A DNA stretch of 64,000 nucleotides from Antedon mediterranea. Taxonomy: Eukaryota > Animalia > Echinodermata. A program made the translations under genes and the position numbers. The notes under the pieces are model-generated. The model was not told the DNA's origin. It saw only the letters and a program-made list of their open reading frames with translations, and ran no database searches. Below, piece after piece: positions 13,653-25,330 of the stretch. The stretch covers positions 6,438,201 through 6,502,200 of the forward strand of contig NC_092670.1 in NCBI RefSeq assembly GCF_964355755.1, given 5' to 3'. Every line of letters starts with the position of its first letter. Position 1 is the stretch's first letter.

Positions 13653-16600
13653 GTAGGGCAACTTTGAGCTTGTTCAAATCACAGTTAGTATTCTACACGG
13701 CATATATCAACTGACTGACTATTTTGCAGAGGTCGATTCGTCCCAAAACAGCATTTATTTGTCAAGCAAAGCAAAATTTTAATTGTGGGATTATTACAAA
13801 CTGGGCTAGCTTTACACAAGTATACATAATGAAAACAATAATTAACCAAGGCCTACAATATATTAATTGTTTTCACATTGGATCGTGGGACTGTAAGTTT
13901 TCTAGTCTAACATTCATCGCATTACTTGTGTTCATAAGCAAGACAATATTTGTCTCTCAGGGGTAAATGGTTACCTCTTAGGTTACTAGCTACACGTGTA
14001 TGTGAGCCATGTTTGATCCAATACATAATTATTTAGTCTAGTTTTAAAAAAATACTACAGTACCTTAAGTTTAAAATATTAACAATAGAGAGCACTATTG
14101 AAATGTTCTCATGCATTATCATGCAATTCCCTGAATTGATTGGTCGATTTTTAAAGGGCTTAACAACATTAACATGTTTCTTTTTATCTATACAGATAAA
14201 TAAATGTTCCTCCTGTTAACATGTTGTGTAATAATATTTTATAATGTTTTTTTAAAGAGCTTTTCCTCTTGTTAAGATTGAGTCCTCAAACAATCATTGC
14301 TTTAATTTTAAAAATCATTTTTCAGGAAATGCAAAACCTTCAGGAGGAGGCGGTGGAGGCGGCGGTGGTGGTTTTGGAGGCAGTTCAGGCAGTAGTGGTG
14401 GAGGCGGAGGCGGAGGTGGTTTTGGAGGCGGTGGTGGAGGCTTAGGTGGTCTATTTGCAGGAGGCATGCCACAGTTAAGAAAAACGGGTAATTTACCAGC
14501 AAATAGACAAAGTAATTTATGTTTTCTGTTTATATTATTTTTGTTTATCAATTATAGATTTAATTTTACAGAATTTTTATTTTTGGTTTATGTATTATTT
14601 TCTGTTTACATTTTATGTTATGTTACTTAATCTTATGTTTATATATTGTTTTTTATTTTAATTTTATTAAATCAAAACTAGCTACAGTCAAAATTTTAAA
14701 GCAGTCAAAAGAAAGAATAGATTTTTAAAATTGTTGCAAAATAATTGTTAATTTTTTCAGGTCCAGGCAGTTCTCCAAGGTCAAGAGGGCCACCTTCAGT
14801 TCCACGGTCAAACAGTAATGCTAGTACTGGGCCACCTGTTCCACGGTTCAACAGTAATACTAGTGCTGGGCCACCTTCAGTTCCACGGTCAAACAGTAGT
14901 GCTAGTACTGGGCCACCTTCAGTTCCACGATTCAACAGTAATAGTGGGCCAGCAGCACCAAAAATGGCTAATGGTCCACCACCTCCTCCTCCCAGCAGTC
15001 GTAGACCAGTGCAGAATGGAGCTAGGAATACAGGACCAGCTCGTCCTCCTCCAACAAACCGAATAAATAACTCTGCACCTCCACCACCACCTCCACAATC
15101 AAATAAAAATTTCCCACCTCCCCCACCCCCAGATAGACGCCCTATTTCAACGCATAATCAACCATTACCCCCACCACCTCCGCCCCAGGACAAAAAAAGA
15201 CCAGTGAATGGTATAGGAAGGCCGCCACCACCACCTAGTAATCGAGGTCAGCCACCTCCCCCTCCATCAAGAGGATCATCAGTTTTAACAAATGGACCAG
15301 AAGTACCAAAAAGAGACACAAATAGGGGGCCTGAGAGGAGGCCGCCTCCAACGCCATCAAGAGCAAATGGACCCCCTCCTCCACCTCCACCATCAAGAAC
15401 AGTGTCTACGGCGCCTAGGCCAGTAAACATGCCTCCACCCCCTCCCCCTCAATCGGCACGCCCGCCACCTCCCCCTAGCAGAGGCAGATCATCATCAACG
15501 TCTGGTCCTCCGCCACCCCCTAGAGCTAGGCCCAATTCTATAGCTGGACATCCAAATACAGCACCCCCACCTCCACCAAGTAGGGATAGTCGACCGCCTT
15601 TGACGCCTGCAACAAATAATGTAATGAATAATAATCGTGAGTATATTTATTTTGCTAGTTATACAATAGTCACAGATTCAATTAATAATGTACATGCATA
15701 TTTTTTTAAGTCTTTATTTGGTCATTTTTATGAACACTATATTGACCAATCAGAGCTGAGATAATGTGATGATTCATGAAGATTTACAATGTACTGTAAT
15801 ACCATACTTTAAATTTTTATACCAGATTTATTCTTTCTAGTCATTTTATCAAGTGTCATGAAATAAACCTTTTTAAAGAAAATTGGACTATAAGACTATA
15901 AGTCTATTAGACATGTGTTAGGAATTTTTGTATCAAGTTACTGTAACTCTAAATTATATGGAAAGAAAGAAATTGTCCGGCCAATAACAACATAAAAAAA
16001 AGACAAACATTAATTAAAATATAACTGTGTCACTAAGTCTAAGAATTTGGATTTTAAACAATGCAATACTTTTATATGCAATCACTATAATGTTCCTTAG
16101 TATTTTGTAAATTGTAATAAAATGTTAAAAAAGAAATACTGTATGTTAAATGTAGATTTCAATGCTGTTTTACTTTAAAAACATGATTGTAACGAATAAA
16201 GTTTGATTTGAAAATGTGATTTTCTTAATACATTTACATTTTTTTTTTCCAGATCCTTTTGAAAGTCGTTTTAAATTCCGCTCTATAAAAGATTTACCAC
16301 AACCAGAAGTTTACAAAAGTGCAGCAAAGACCTATCCTAGCAAATCAAGTAGACAAAGTTAGTATTGCATGCATGATTGTTTTATAATAAATGCTTCTAT
16401 AGCCTATTTTACTGGATGAGGTAAAATAATATATATATATATATACATATGCATACATAGTATTACTTAAATTTAAACCATCTTTAAATTAATCGTCTAA
16501 AAATATAGAGCTAGCAGTAGAAATTAGTTTTATTTAAATTGTTAAATAGCTGCACCATAGTTAATTCTGACCAGTTACATACTTATAATCGGTAAACGTT

Positions 16601-19600
16601 TTCCCTATGAAATCTGCAACCAGCTTAGGGTTGGGCTATGTTTATTAAAAGGGATAAAGATATACAGTTAAACATGCTGTAAAGTGGACACACTCAGGGG
16701 CCCTGAAAAAGTGGCATCCTGAGAGTTTGCAGCTTACAAAAAGTTTGGTGGGAGTTCAAAGGTCAAATTTAGTTTCAAGTAAAATTTTTGCAAAACACAG
16801 TGGAAACTAGTCTTAGAATGATTCGATTGAACCGTGTTTGAATTCCAATTAATTGTCAATAATAGTTCTATCTGAAAGGTCAGTAAGAATAAGGTTACCC
16901 CTGAGTTTAAAATTATATCAATATGAAATGCAAGCATTTCAAAACTAAATTGATAAAACTTCTTTAACCCTTGGTAAATGGTAATAAGTAGAGGGTATTA
17001 TAGCCTAGGATGTTAATTCCCCCATCTTAAGATTATAAAAAGACTAAAAGTCCTTCATTTATTTGTCCGGAACTTCAGAAGAAACAATGCTCTTGCCTAT
17101 TTTAGTAGTAGCAGCACTGTACCTGGTTTCTAGGTTTCTCTAAGTCATAGCACTCTCTATACCACTACTAGCCTCATCAAGACTTAAAGCTCTATCTACA
17201 CTATCAAACTTTATGTGACAAAATAATATGATGTGCCCATATATGGACATGATGATGCTATATTACTACCATATAAGCATATCACTACCATATCTGGGCA
17301 CATCACACTTGTTTTGTCAAACTTGTTTGATAGTGTAGACAGAGCTTAATGAGAATGCATACGCTTATATTAGTGCTAGTCCTACAATCACTGTATACTA
17401 TATACTAAATGATTGAAGTTTAGACTAACATTTCATACCATGTATTGTACAATAAAAAGTACTTCATACTATACATACTATTAGTGCTTCCTATACAGTA
17501 TGTAGACTAACTACATTATATACATATTAAATAACCATTTAGTGCACATTAATTACTTACAAAATACGAGAGTAAATTTATTTCATTACAAGAAATATAT
17601 ATATCAGAATCTGTGCATATTATTATATTCTTTTAATTCAATATTTTACTAATTTACTTTATTTTGCTATTTACAATTTAAATATTTTTTTAACCATCTG
17701 TCTATTTAGCCGTTTCAGGATTAACGGTCAGCCGGGTTTGAACTTTGACATGGTTAACTGAACAATTGTAAAGCAAATTGTTTTAATTTATTATTTAAAT
17801 ATTTTTATTCAATTTAATTTTTTGTTTTTATTTCAACTAATTATTATTTTAAAATTTAATTTTATTTAAAACTTATTTTTTATTTTTGAAAACAAATTAT
17901 TTGGCATGATTGCTTACTTTCACAAATTTTAAATTTGTTTCTGCTCAATTTGTGTTTAATAATACAATAAGTAATTCTATAAATATTTTCATATTATTTT
18001 GTTTGGGTTTTACCTTGCACCCATCAGAACCTCCCAATGAATTCCTAATAGATTATTATAGCTACCGTACTTGTTTGAATATGGGCATTTTGTGGGCTTC
18101 TGTTACTTTTATTCCATGAAAATCACAACACAAATTCACTCTAAAAGCTATCTAAAAAACTATTATTTATTAAATGGTATTCAAATAATGAATGTTATTA
18201 CGAATATAAAACATTATTTGCGTTTCAGCTGCTCATGATCTGGGCCCTAGGTTTAGCCAGTGAGTGGTCATAGCCATTAGGCTACAAAACTAAATTAGAC
18301 TAAAACAAAATTAACCAATCAGATAGTTCAGATACACAGTGTGTTATAATAGTTATCAGCACCCTTTAAACAAGCTTTTTAGTAATACAGTATAAGCTTC
18401 ACAACAATTTGCTCGATATTCTTCAAGTGGGTAGGGTACGTTGCTAACTAAGGTAATGGTTTTTTAAAAATGAATTTATTTCTTGCTCATCTATGGTGCT
18501 CTTCTCAAAACATTGCATACATTTGTGGGATGACATTTCCTTCTTGTTGACTGGGAATCACTTTTTATCAATGTGTTAGGCGTTATGAGTGATGAGTATA
18601 TGCCTTCTGAACTTGATATGAACGGTGAGTTTTACGTCGTCTATGTGCATGCTTTTACAATAATTGATATTTTTTTTTTGAGCTCTCATTGTAAAATTAG
18701 TCACATCTTTTTAAAAGGAGGGTCAAATCTTCGGTCGATGCCATGGAATACAGATGCATCATTTAGGAGTGGAGTTGTGGCTTGGTGGTTATGATGCTTG
18801 GCTACCACTCCATCACAAAAAAAAGCTGTTTGCTGTCCCAACAAGACGGTGATTCGCGGATTAAAATCTCTATTAATTATTTAAGATTTAAAAATCAGGC
18901 AAGCCAAAGCCATTACACAATCGAAAAAAAAAATTGTTACAAACACCTCAGTAGGCTATGTATTGCTGAATAGGTGTTCGACTCTAGCTCTACAATGTAG
19001 AAGAGGAGAATCCCATATGATGTAATGTTGTATGCGTCTTTATTTATTATTCTATGAGTTTGTTAATTGCCGAAGTCTCCGAGTAGCCAAATGATATATG
19101 TAGTTTGTTCGTATTTACCGTTTCACACACCGTTGAGTAAAAAACAACTTTATAGTACTTTCTCCTGATAATTTGTGTACTATCAATCTATGCGACAAAA
19201 ACGATTGGTTCGAATAATCTTCTGCTTTGAACCAATCAGACCTAGAATCTATGTATGCCATGATAATTATTATTGTTTGTGATGTGACTTAATTTGCAAT
19301 GAGGCCTCCTATACAGTAACCCATACAGTATGTTGCATGCATCTATATTTTTCTTAGTGTTTGTGCATCCATTGCATGTATAATAGTAAGTTTGCATGCT
19401 TTTCCACATGTTTTGTTGATTTTACTTTATCAGTCCATCTATTTGCTAAATTAGTTTTAATGTTGACATTTTATTGTACAGTATTTTTAACTCAATGTAA
19501 AAAGTTTACTGTAAAGACCTGTGAACTACGGTAAACATTCATTCTTACAGAAAATTCTTAGAAAAGTTTTCATCATGAACAGTAGAATAGATAAAATGTA

Positions 19601-21780
19601 TAACAAAACAATTGATATGATACGGTTTTATTATTTATCAACTTATTGTTGATCCTTATCTGTAGTATAAACAGGTCCCCAAAAGACATCTACACATCCC
19701 TATCCATTGGTTCATAAACCCAATTTGTACCACAGGGTGAAAAGCACTTTCTGCCTAATAGCCATGCCATTGGAACGTCCATAAAAATAGATCATCGACA
19801 TATTAAGCAGAATATGTGTGTCTTGATTGGAGTGAAATTTTTTAAAGAGTAATACTAGAATCACTTGTTGATGTTAGTTTGCTTGCCCTTAAGCTCTATA
19901 TGCACTATGAAACTTAATGCGACAACAAATATGATGTGCCCATATATGGCCACGATGACGTCATATCACTATCACGTCATATCACTATCACTATATTAGG
20001 GCACATCACACTTTTTTTGAAAACTAGTGTCAACAGAGCTTTATGCAATGTACACATGTATTTACAATGTTGCCATACCTTCACATACAGCCAATGGCAA
20101 GGCAAATATTGCTTTTCCCACCAAGAGTAAATATATTCAAATCAAAGTGTTATCACTGTATTACATACTGTAACATTAGCTTTGACATAACATGTTTGTA
20201 CAAGTATACTGTAGTATCGCGTGACTATGATAGCGTTTAGTTAAGGGAAAAAATAAACAACCTGGGCCATTTATTCAAGGGTGTGGGGGGGAGGGGGGGT
20301 GTATGTTCCAAACAATATTCCATGAGGAAGAAGAATTTTTTCAATGCAGAACATTTATGACAGAGGACTTTTGTATGACCGAAACAAAATTTAAATTTGT
20401 TTACAATTGCAACACAATAAGCCGCGATCTTAAGAAACTAAATATCCAGACAGCGACTTATAACAGTACACACAGATTTAGAGAACCTAAAAGAAATTGC
20501 AATGAATAGGAATCATTGGAAAACCCACATTGGGGAAATAAGCGGAGCAGCTGAAGGGGAGATGTCTGATATGAGGACTTCTCAGCGGAACTTATTAAGT
20601 CAAGTCACTAAGTCATTACATAAATTGGAGAAAAGAAAACCGCTGTAGCCCCCTCTATAATTTTCTCCTTTAATAACTTTGTTTATGAAATACAGACTTT
20701 GTCAAAGCATTATGAAATAATTTTTAGATATAATAATTAGTTTCATTAATATATCCTTATTTTACTAATGATAAACATAAACAAATTTCTTATGGCTTAT
20801 AATTTTTTATCTAAATTCACTTCTATTTTAACATGTTTTTTTAAAGTTTTAATTTATATAATATAACAAACTAAAAAGGTACAACTGTACTTACAACTAA
20901 TAGTAATACATATAATTGTAGATGGGTATTATTTCCAATCAATATTTGAACTAACTTAGTTTTTAAAGTTTTAATCTAAAAATTCATTAACTGTTGAAAA
21001 AATTTCCTGATAAAAATAACAATTACTCTGTTCTCATTATCAAGTTGCTATCATGACCAGCTGTGACATTTGACCTGTTTTTTAATCATGTGACTTGGAT
21101 TTACAAGGGTGGCTACTGTTTCTTGGGATCTAAAACATGATTTATGTGTTTGCCATGGAAAAGTAAGGGCGATGATCTACATCTATGTTGGTGGACATGT
21201 TTCTCCCATCCCTGGATCAGACATGTTTCTCCATCCCTGGATCTGCTCCAACTGGTTGAAAGCACTTGCTTTGTAAACAACAAATTTCTGATCAGTAGGC
21301 TAAAGTTACTGATTAGTGTACCTAAAATAAAGTTCAATAAACTCAACAATATATTTATTAAAGGGCAATAAATCAATAATATGAGTAGTATTAAAACCTA
21401 AATATTTTTTGATTACATTTAAAAAAGAGGCAAAAAACTCTTTCTTTGTAATTTTAATTTACACACAAGTGAGATAACTATCTATTAAGAGGTAGTAAAG
21501 GTTGTGATTTAGCTTATTAATTATAAAGACAAGCATATTGGCACATATGGCATGTCATACCCCTAAATCAGAGGATAGATTTTTTTTCCACAATTTGATC
21601 CTTCAATTGACATACAATTCTCTGTTGACCCACAGCAAGTTATTCTTATTTTGTATCAGAAATTGATCACTTACCCTCGTTTTTTTTCTTCATAATAGTA
21701 TATTGTAAATGATATTAAAGTAATACTGTTTTATTTTAGGTGTAAGACGAGGTCCTCCACCACAGCCACCAGTTCACTAG
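13469..21780 (+). CDS. WIPF: WAS/WASL-interacting protein (WIP/verprolin) family gene, spliced, about 463 aa
   Basis: join(13469-13652,14326-14511,14761-15636,16253-16357,[18580-18624],21740-21780); all introns GT-AG phase 1. N-terminal poly-Pro and WH2 (RNNLLGEIHKGARLKKT), Gly-rich linker with GGLFAGGMPQLRKT, Pro-rich core, WASP-binding FESRFKF..DLPQPE..KTYPSK, C-terminal RGPPPQPP. Confidence 0.93.
14326..14511 (+). CDS. WIPF: WIPF coding exon 2 (Gly-rich, second WH2-like motif)
   Basis: TTTTTCAG acceptor; GNAKPSGGGG...LGGLFAGGMPQLRKTGNLPANRQ; GTAATT donor at 14512, with an in-phase alternative at 14488. Confidence 0.88.
14761..15636 (+). CDS. WIPF: WIPF coding exon 3 (proline-rich region)
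   Basis: Lies in ORF 14745-15764; TTTTTTCAG acceptor; C/GTGAGT donor. Confidence 0.93.
16253..16357 (+). CDS. WIPF: WIPF coding exon 4 (WASP-binding domain)
   Basis: Poly-T CCAG acceptor; HPFESRFKFRSIKDLPQPEVYKSAAKTYPSKSSRQ; A/GTTAGT donor. Confidence 0.92.
17188..17346. mobile_element. Harbinger/Tourist-like MITE
   Basis: TAA|AGCTCTATCTACACTATCAAAC...GTTTGATAGTGTAGACAGAGCT|TAA. Confidence 0.88.
18580..18624 (+). CDS. WIPF: candidate 45-nt cassette exon of WIPF (SVMSDEYMPSELDMNG)
   Basis: GTTAG acceptor, consensus ACG/GTGAGT donor, symmetric phase 1, open in the required frame. Confidence 0.55.
19892..20040. mobile_element. Harbinger/Tourist-like MITE
   Basis: Same family as 17188-17346; TTA TSD on both sides. 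Confidence 0.82.
20410..20615 (+). mobile_element. 3' remnant of RTE-like LINE
   Basis: Translates across a frameshift to TISRDLKKL.../DLENLKEIAMNRNHWKTHI (A-x-N/DR-x-x-W C-terminal motif), followed by a TAAGTCAAGTC tail. Confidence 0.5.
21740..21780 (+). CDS. WIPF: WIPF last coding exon (SVRRGPPPQPPVH*)
   Basis: TTTTATTTTAG acceptor, phase 1; resembles the WIP C-terminal RG-x-PP-x-PP end; TAG stop. AT-rich 3' UTR follows, with AATAAA at 23207. Confidence 0.8.
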
Positions 21781-24681
21781 ATAGTCGAGCCTGGTGTATG
21801 TTGGCCGTAGTGAAGTCTGACGTCACTCAAAAGCTTTTAGAATGAACTTTGAACTTTGAAGGGGAGCTGGCATATTTGATGCATGTGTCTGATGGACTAA
21901 TGGTGGAAATGGTTGCTTCAAATTGCAGTTTGGTTCTTGACTATGCAGGTTTAAAACTATATCACTGTGACCTGCCATATCCAAAACTTATTTTCTACTG
22001 AGCTAAAACGATTCAACGAGGGAACTATTTGCTGCAAATGTTAAAAGATTCACTACTAGACGTTTTCGTCGATGGATTGGAAGTAAAATTAGGAAAACAT
22101 TGTTTCGTTGCAACTTCTATCCATCGTGTAAAGATACAGCCACGCCCGCGGAATTTTCTACCGTGAAATAGTGTATACTACTGCAGCCTAGTTGCACATT
22201 TTGTATACGAGCGTAAGATGACGCAAGTCTTAAATACGTAGATCAATCACGTGATGCGGTTGTCAACTGCTCTGTCGTCATAACACTGGACAACAGAGCG
22301 TGCTTCAAATCAAAAATTTTGCTCAAAAGTTAGAATAATATATAACACGTTTTGAAAATCATTATTTTTGAATTGATTTTTTTGTAGAAATATATATAAT
22401 AAAAATACATAATTATATATAATTAAAATATATAAAGAAAGAGAATATTTCTCTTACTAGCCTGCATTATATGTAAATATTTTTGGAAAATCACTGTATA
22501 TTATTTACTAAATTTCTGTTTTCTTTTGGTTATAATTATTATATATATTTTGTTTCTTCAGTTTGTAGATGGGACAGTTTTGTTGGATTTAACAGTTTTA
22601 TGATTATTTTTAATTTATTTTGGTAAACACTTAAAAACACTAATATTATGGACCAAAGTTACACAAATACCGTAAAACATGAATTAGTAAATCCAATGGG
22701 TTTTTTTTTTATTGATAAAATCACTTACAGTCTAGTGTCCTTTATATTTTATATTGATTTATGTAATATAAATATTATTATTTTTCTTGAAAAAAGGTTT
22801 CTTAGGCTTTTTGAAATTGTAGGTTATCAGATTGAAGGGCTTCTTTCCAAGATTAGCCCCACTGGGCTACTTACCGAGCTTAACCCCACAGGACTCCAAC
22901 ATGAACCCCATTAAACTTAATGCTGAATGCAGTCCAGTCCACTTACCTGAGTGGTTCAGTGATCTGGGTTGATTTTTATGCTATTTACAGTCCAATTCCA
23001 CATTTCTGTGTATCCTGGTATGTCCTGTGTTACACAGTTCCAGATCAACTCCACTTTTTTGCTGGTAGTGTAAAAGGGGTTAAAATGTCTTTTTGGGCTT
23101 CTTTTGAAGGTTTTAAAATAATATACTTGTTAAACCTTTAGACTATTTTTGTGAGCTAAGAAAGTGAAAAGTAATACCAGCAGCCAATGCATGTTGTGAG
23201 TGTACGAATAAAATACAATTTTACACAGTATAGTGCAAGGTAGTATTTTATTGTACATTATTGTAGTGTACTTATAATTATGTCTGACATTAAAGGATTA
23301 TAAAAAAATGTTATCGCTCACAACAAATTTCACAAAGTAACACATGTTTTTAAATCAAGGGTGACTTTTATTTTGATAGATTGCATTTCTATAGAATTAA
23401 AGGTAAAAGAAAAGAATAAACTATGTAGGACTTGTCACAACGACTTTAGATAGTGACTGATATCAATACAATATTAAAATAATAGATATACATAACATAT
23501 TTTCATGGAGATTTTCCAATTAGGGTATGAAGGTAAAATGAAGTTAAAAAAGTTAAATTTATAAATGAATAATAAAACTATATTTGCCCTCTAAAAGTTA
23601 GAGCAGGAAGTCAAATTATTAGTAATAAATAATCTATATATTTTATCTTTATTATTTTAAGCCAATTTCATAAGTAGCTCTTAGTTACTACTTACTATTA
23701 AAAGTTAATAATATTCTATAGTGTTATTTTTTCAATCATGAAGCCAACTTAATTTAATGGGAGTATTTTATTATTCCTTAACACAACACAAACCACTCTG
23801 TAACAGATTTGTTTTGAGTGAGGCGGCCCGAGTTCAAATTCTTTCTCAAGACAAAAACAACTCCCAAACAAGCTCCGCAGCCACTGGAGACCAGCAGCGC
23901 ACATTCTAGTAAGTAGGCTAAGCTTGCATAACAATTTGGCCAATCCTAACAGCATATTTCATCTACTAGGCTAAGCCTAAAGCAGTAGCATCCCCTTTTT
24001 TCCACCTAGTCCATAGTGCTAGTAACCCTGTAGAATTCTTGGCTACAGACTTGCTCAAAATCTTGTTACAAAAAGTTGTTATCTTTTGTAATGCCTAAAA
24101 AATAATAATTAGATGTCTGCTGTCTGTTTCATAATGTCACATGCAACCACAGTCCCGAATATGAATTGTGGGGGAGTAAGGTTTAATTATGTGTGTAATG
24201 TTTTTACTATGGGCTTCCAATTTCTGGTCTTCAAACTTGCTACAACTGCTTATACTCACTTAGATTTTTAAACTACTCTGTATTTTTCCATGTTTATTTA
24301 CTGGAGTGAAATTGGTGGAACATTTATTGAAACTGAAAGAAATTGGTTAATACCGCACTAATGTCAGTATAATCAACAATTGTAGGAATTGCAAAGATTT
24401 GTCTATTTCGTTCATTGATTTGCTGTCAGAGGGTGCAAATTTTACTCAAGAACATATTTAAAATGTCTTTCACACTTGCTCTGGTCCGTCTTCAGTTCGC
24501 ATCAGTTTGTGCGGACGGCATTAGAATTTTCGTTGTCCTGACGTGCATATCGAGCAGAAGGATTGGCACATAGACATGTTTAGTGTCATGAAAACGAAAC
24601 ACCGATATGGGATTTTATTTGCCAGAGTCGGAGGGGAGCAAGTGCCAGAGACACTTTTTACAGAGTACTGGTGTTGAGACA

Positions 24682-24825
24682 GTTGACAATAAACTTGTTG
24701 ACAGTGAACATGTTGACAATGTTGAATATGTTGACAGTGAACATGTTGACAATGTTGAACATGCTGACAATGTTGAACATGTTGACAATGTTGACAGTGA
24801 ACATGTTGACAATGTTGAATATTCA
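24682..24825. repeat. modular minisatellite (GTTGACAAT/GTTGAACAT/GTTGACAGT)
   Basis: Shuffled 9-nt and 6-nt modules that create stop-free ORFs in several frames. Confidence 0.9.
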
Positions 24826-25055
24826 ACAAAAATTTAATGAGTATGTTTGGATATAGAAAAACACTGAGCCTTTAACGGAAACATGTAATTAATTCATTCT
24901 TCACATTGAAAAATAATTTCAAAATAAATAGTATTGTCAACCATTGTTTCTAAAATAAAAATCTGTTTATAACTGTCATTTTGAAACTTGCATGTTTAAT
25001 CTTATTTAAAGGATATGCAATTTGGTTGCAAGTTCTGGTGGTGAGAATTGCAATG

Positions 25056-25330
25056 GCCTGGTTCATACTAGACCATTGGGGTAACTTTTAACCTGACAGT
25101 TAATCATTACATTTCAATGCCGTGGTTCACACTAGATTCTGAAGTAGATGTTAACAACAGTTAATTGGGTAACTGTTAACCAAACAGTTAATCAGGTAAC
25201 TGTTAACACAACAGTTAATCGGGTAACTGTTAACACAACAGTTAATTGGGTAACTGTTAACCCAACAGTTAATCATTATGTTTTGATGGCCTGGTTCACA
25301 AGATCCTTGGGTAGTTAATGTGACAGTAGA
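25056..25330. repeat. repeat cluster with GGCCTGGTTCACACTAGA motifs and 28-bp palindromic units
   Basis: Three GG(C/T)-TGGTTCA(C/T)A motifs and four AACAGTTAATyrGGTAACTGTT units; probably a degraded Harbinger-type end. Confidence 0.6.

Noticed and set aside
14308-14551. Minus-strand poly-proline ORFs
   Set aside because: They are antisense shadows of the Gly-rich WIPF exon, whose + strand has proper splice sites and the WIP motif.
24521-24856. CQH-repeat and VDNVEH-repeat ORFs
   Set aside because: They are open in several frames on both strands because of a stop-free minisatellite, with no splice or domain support.
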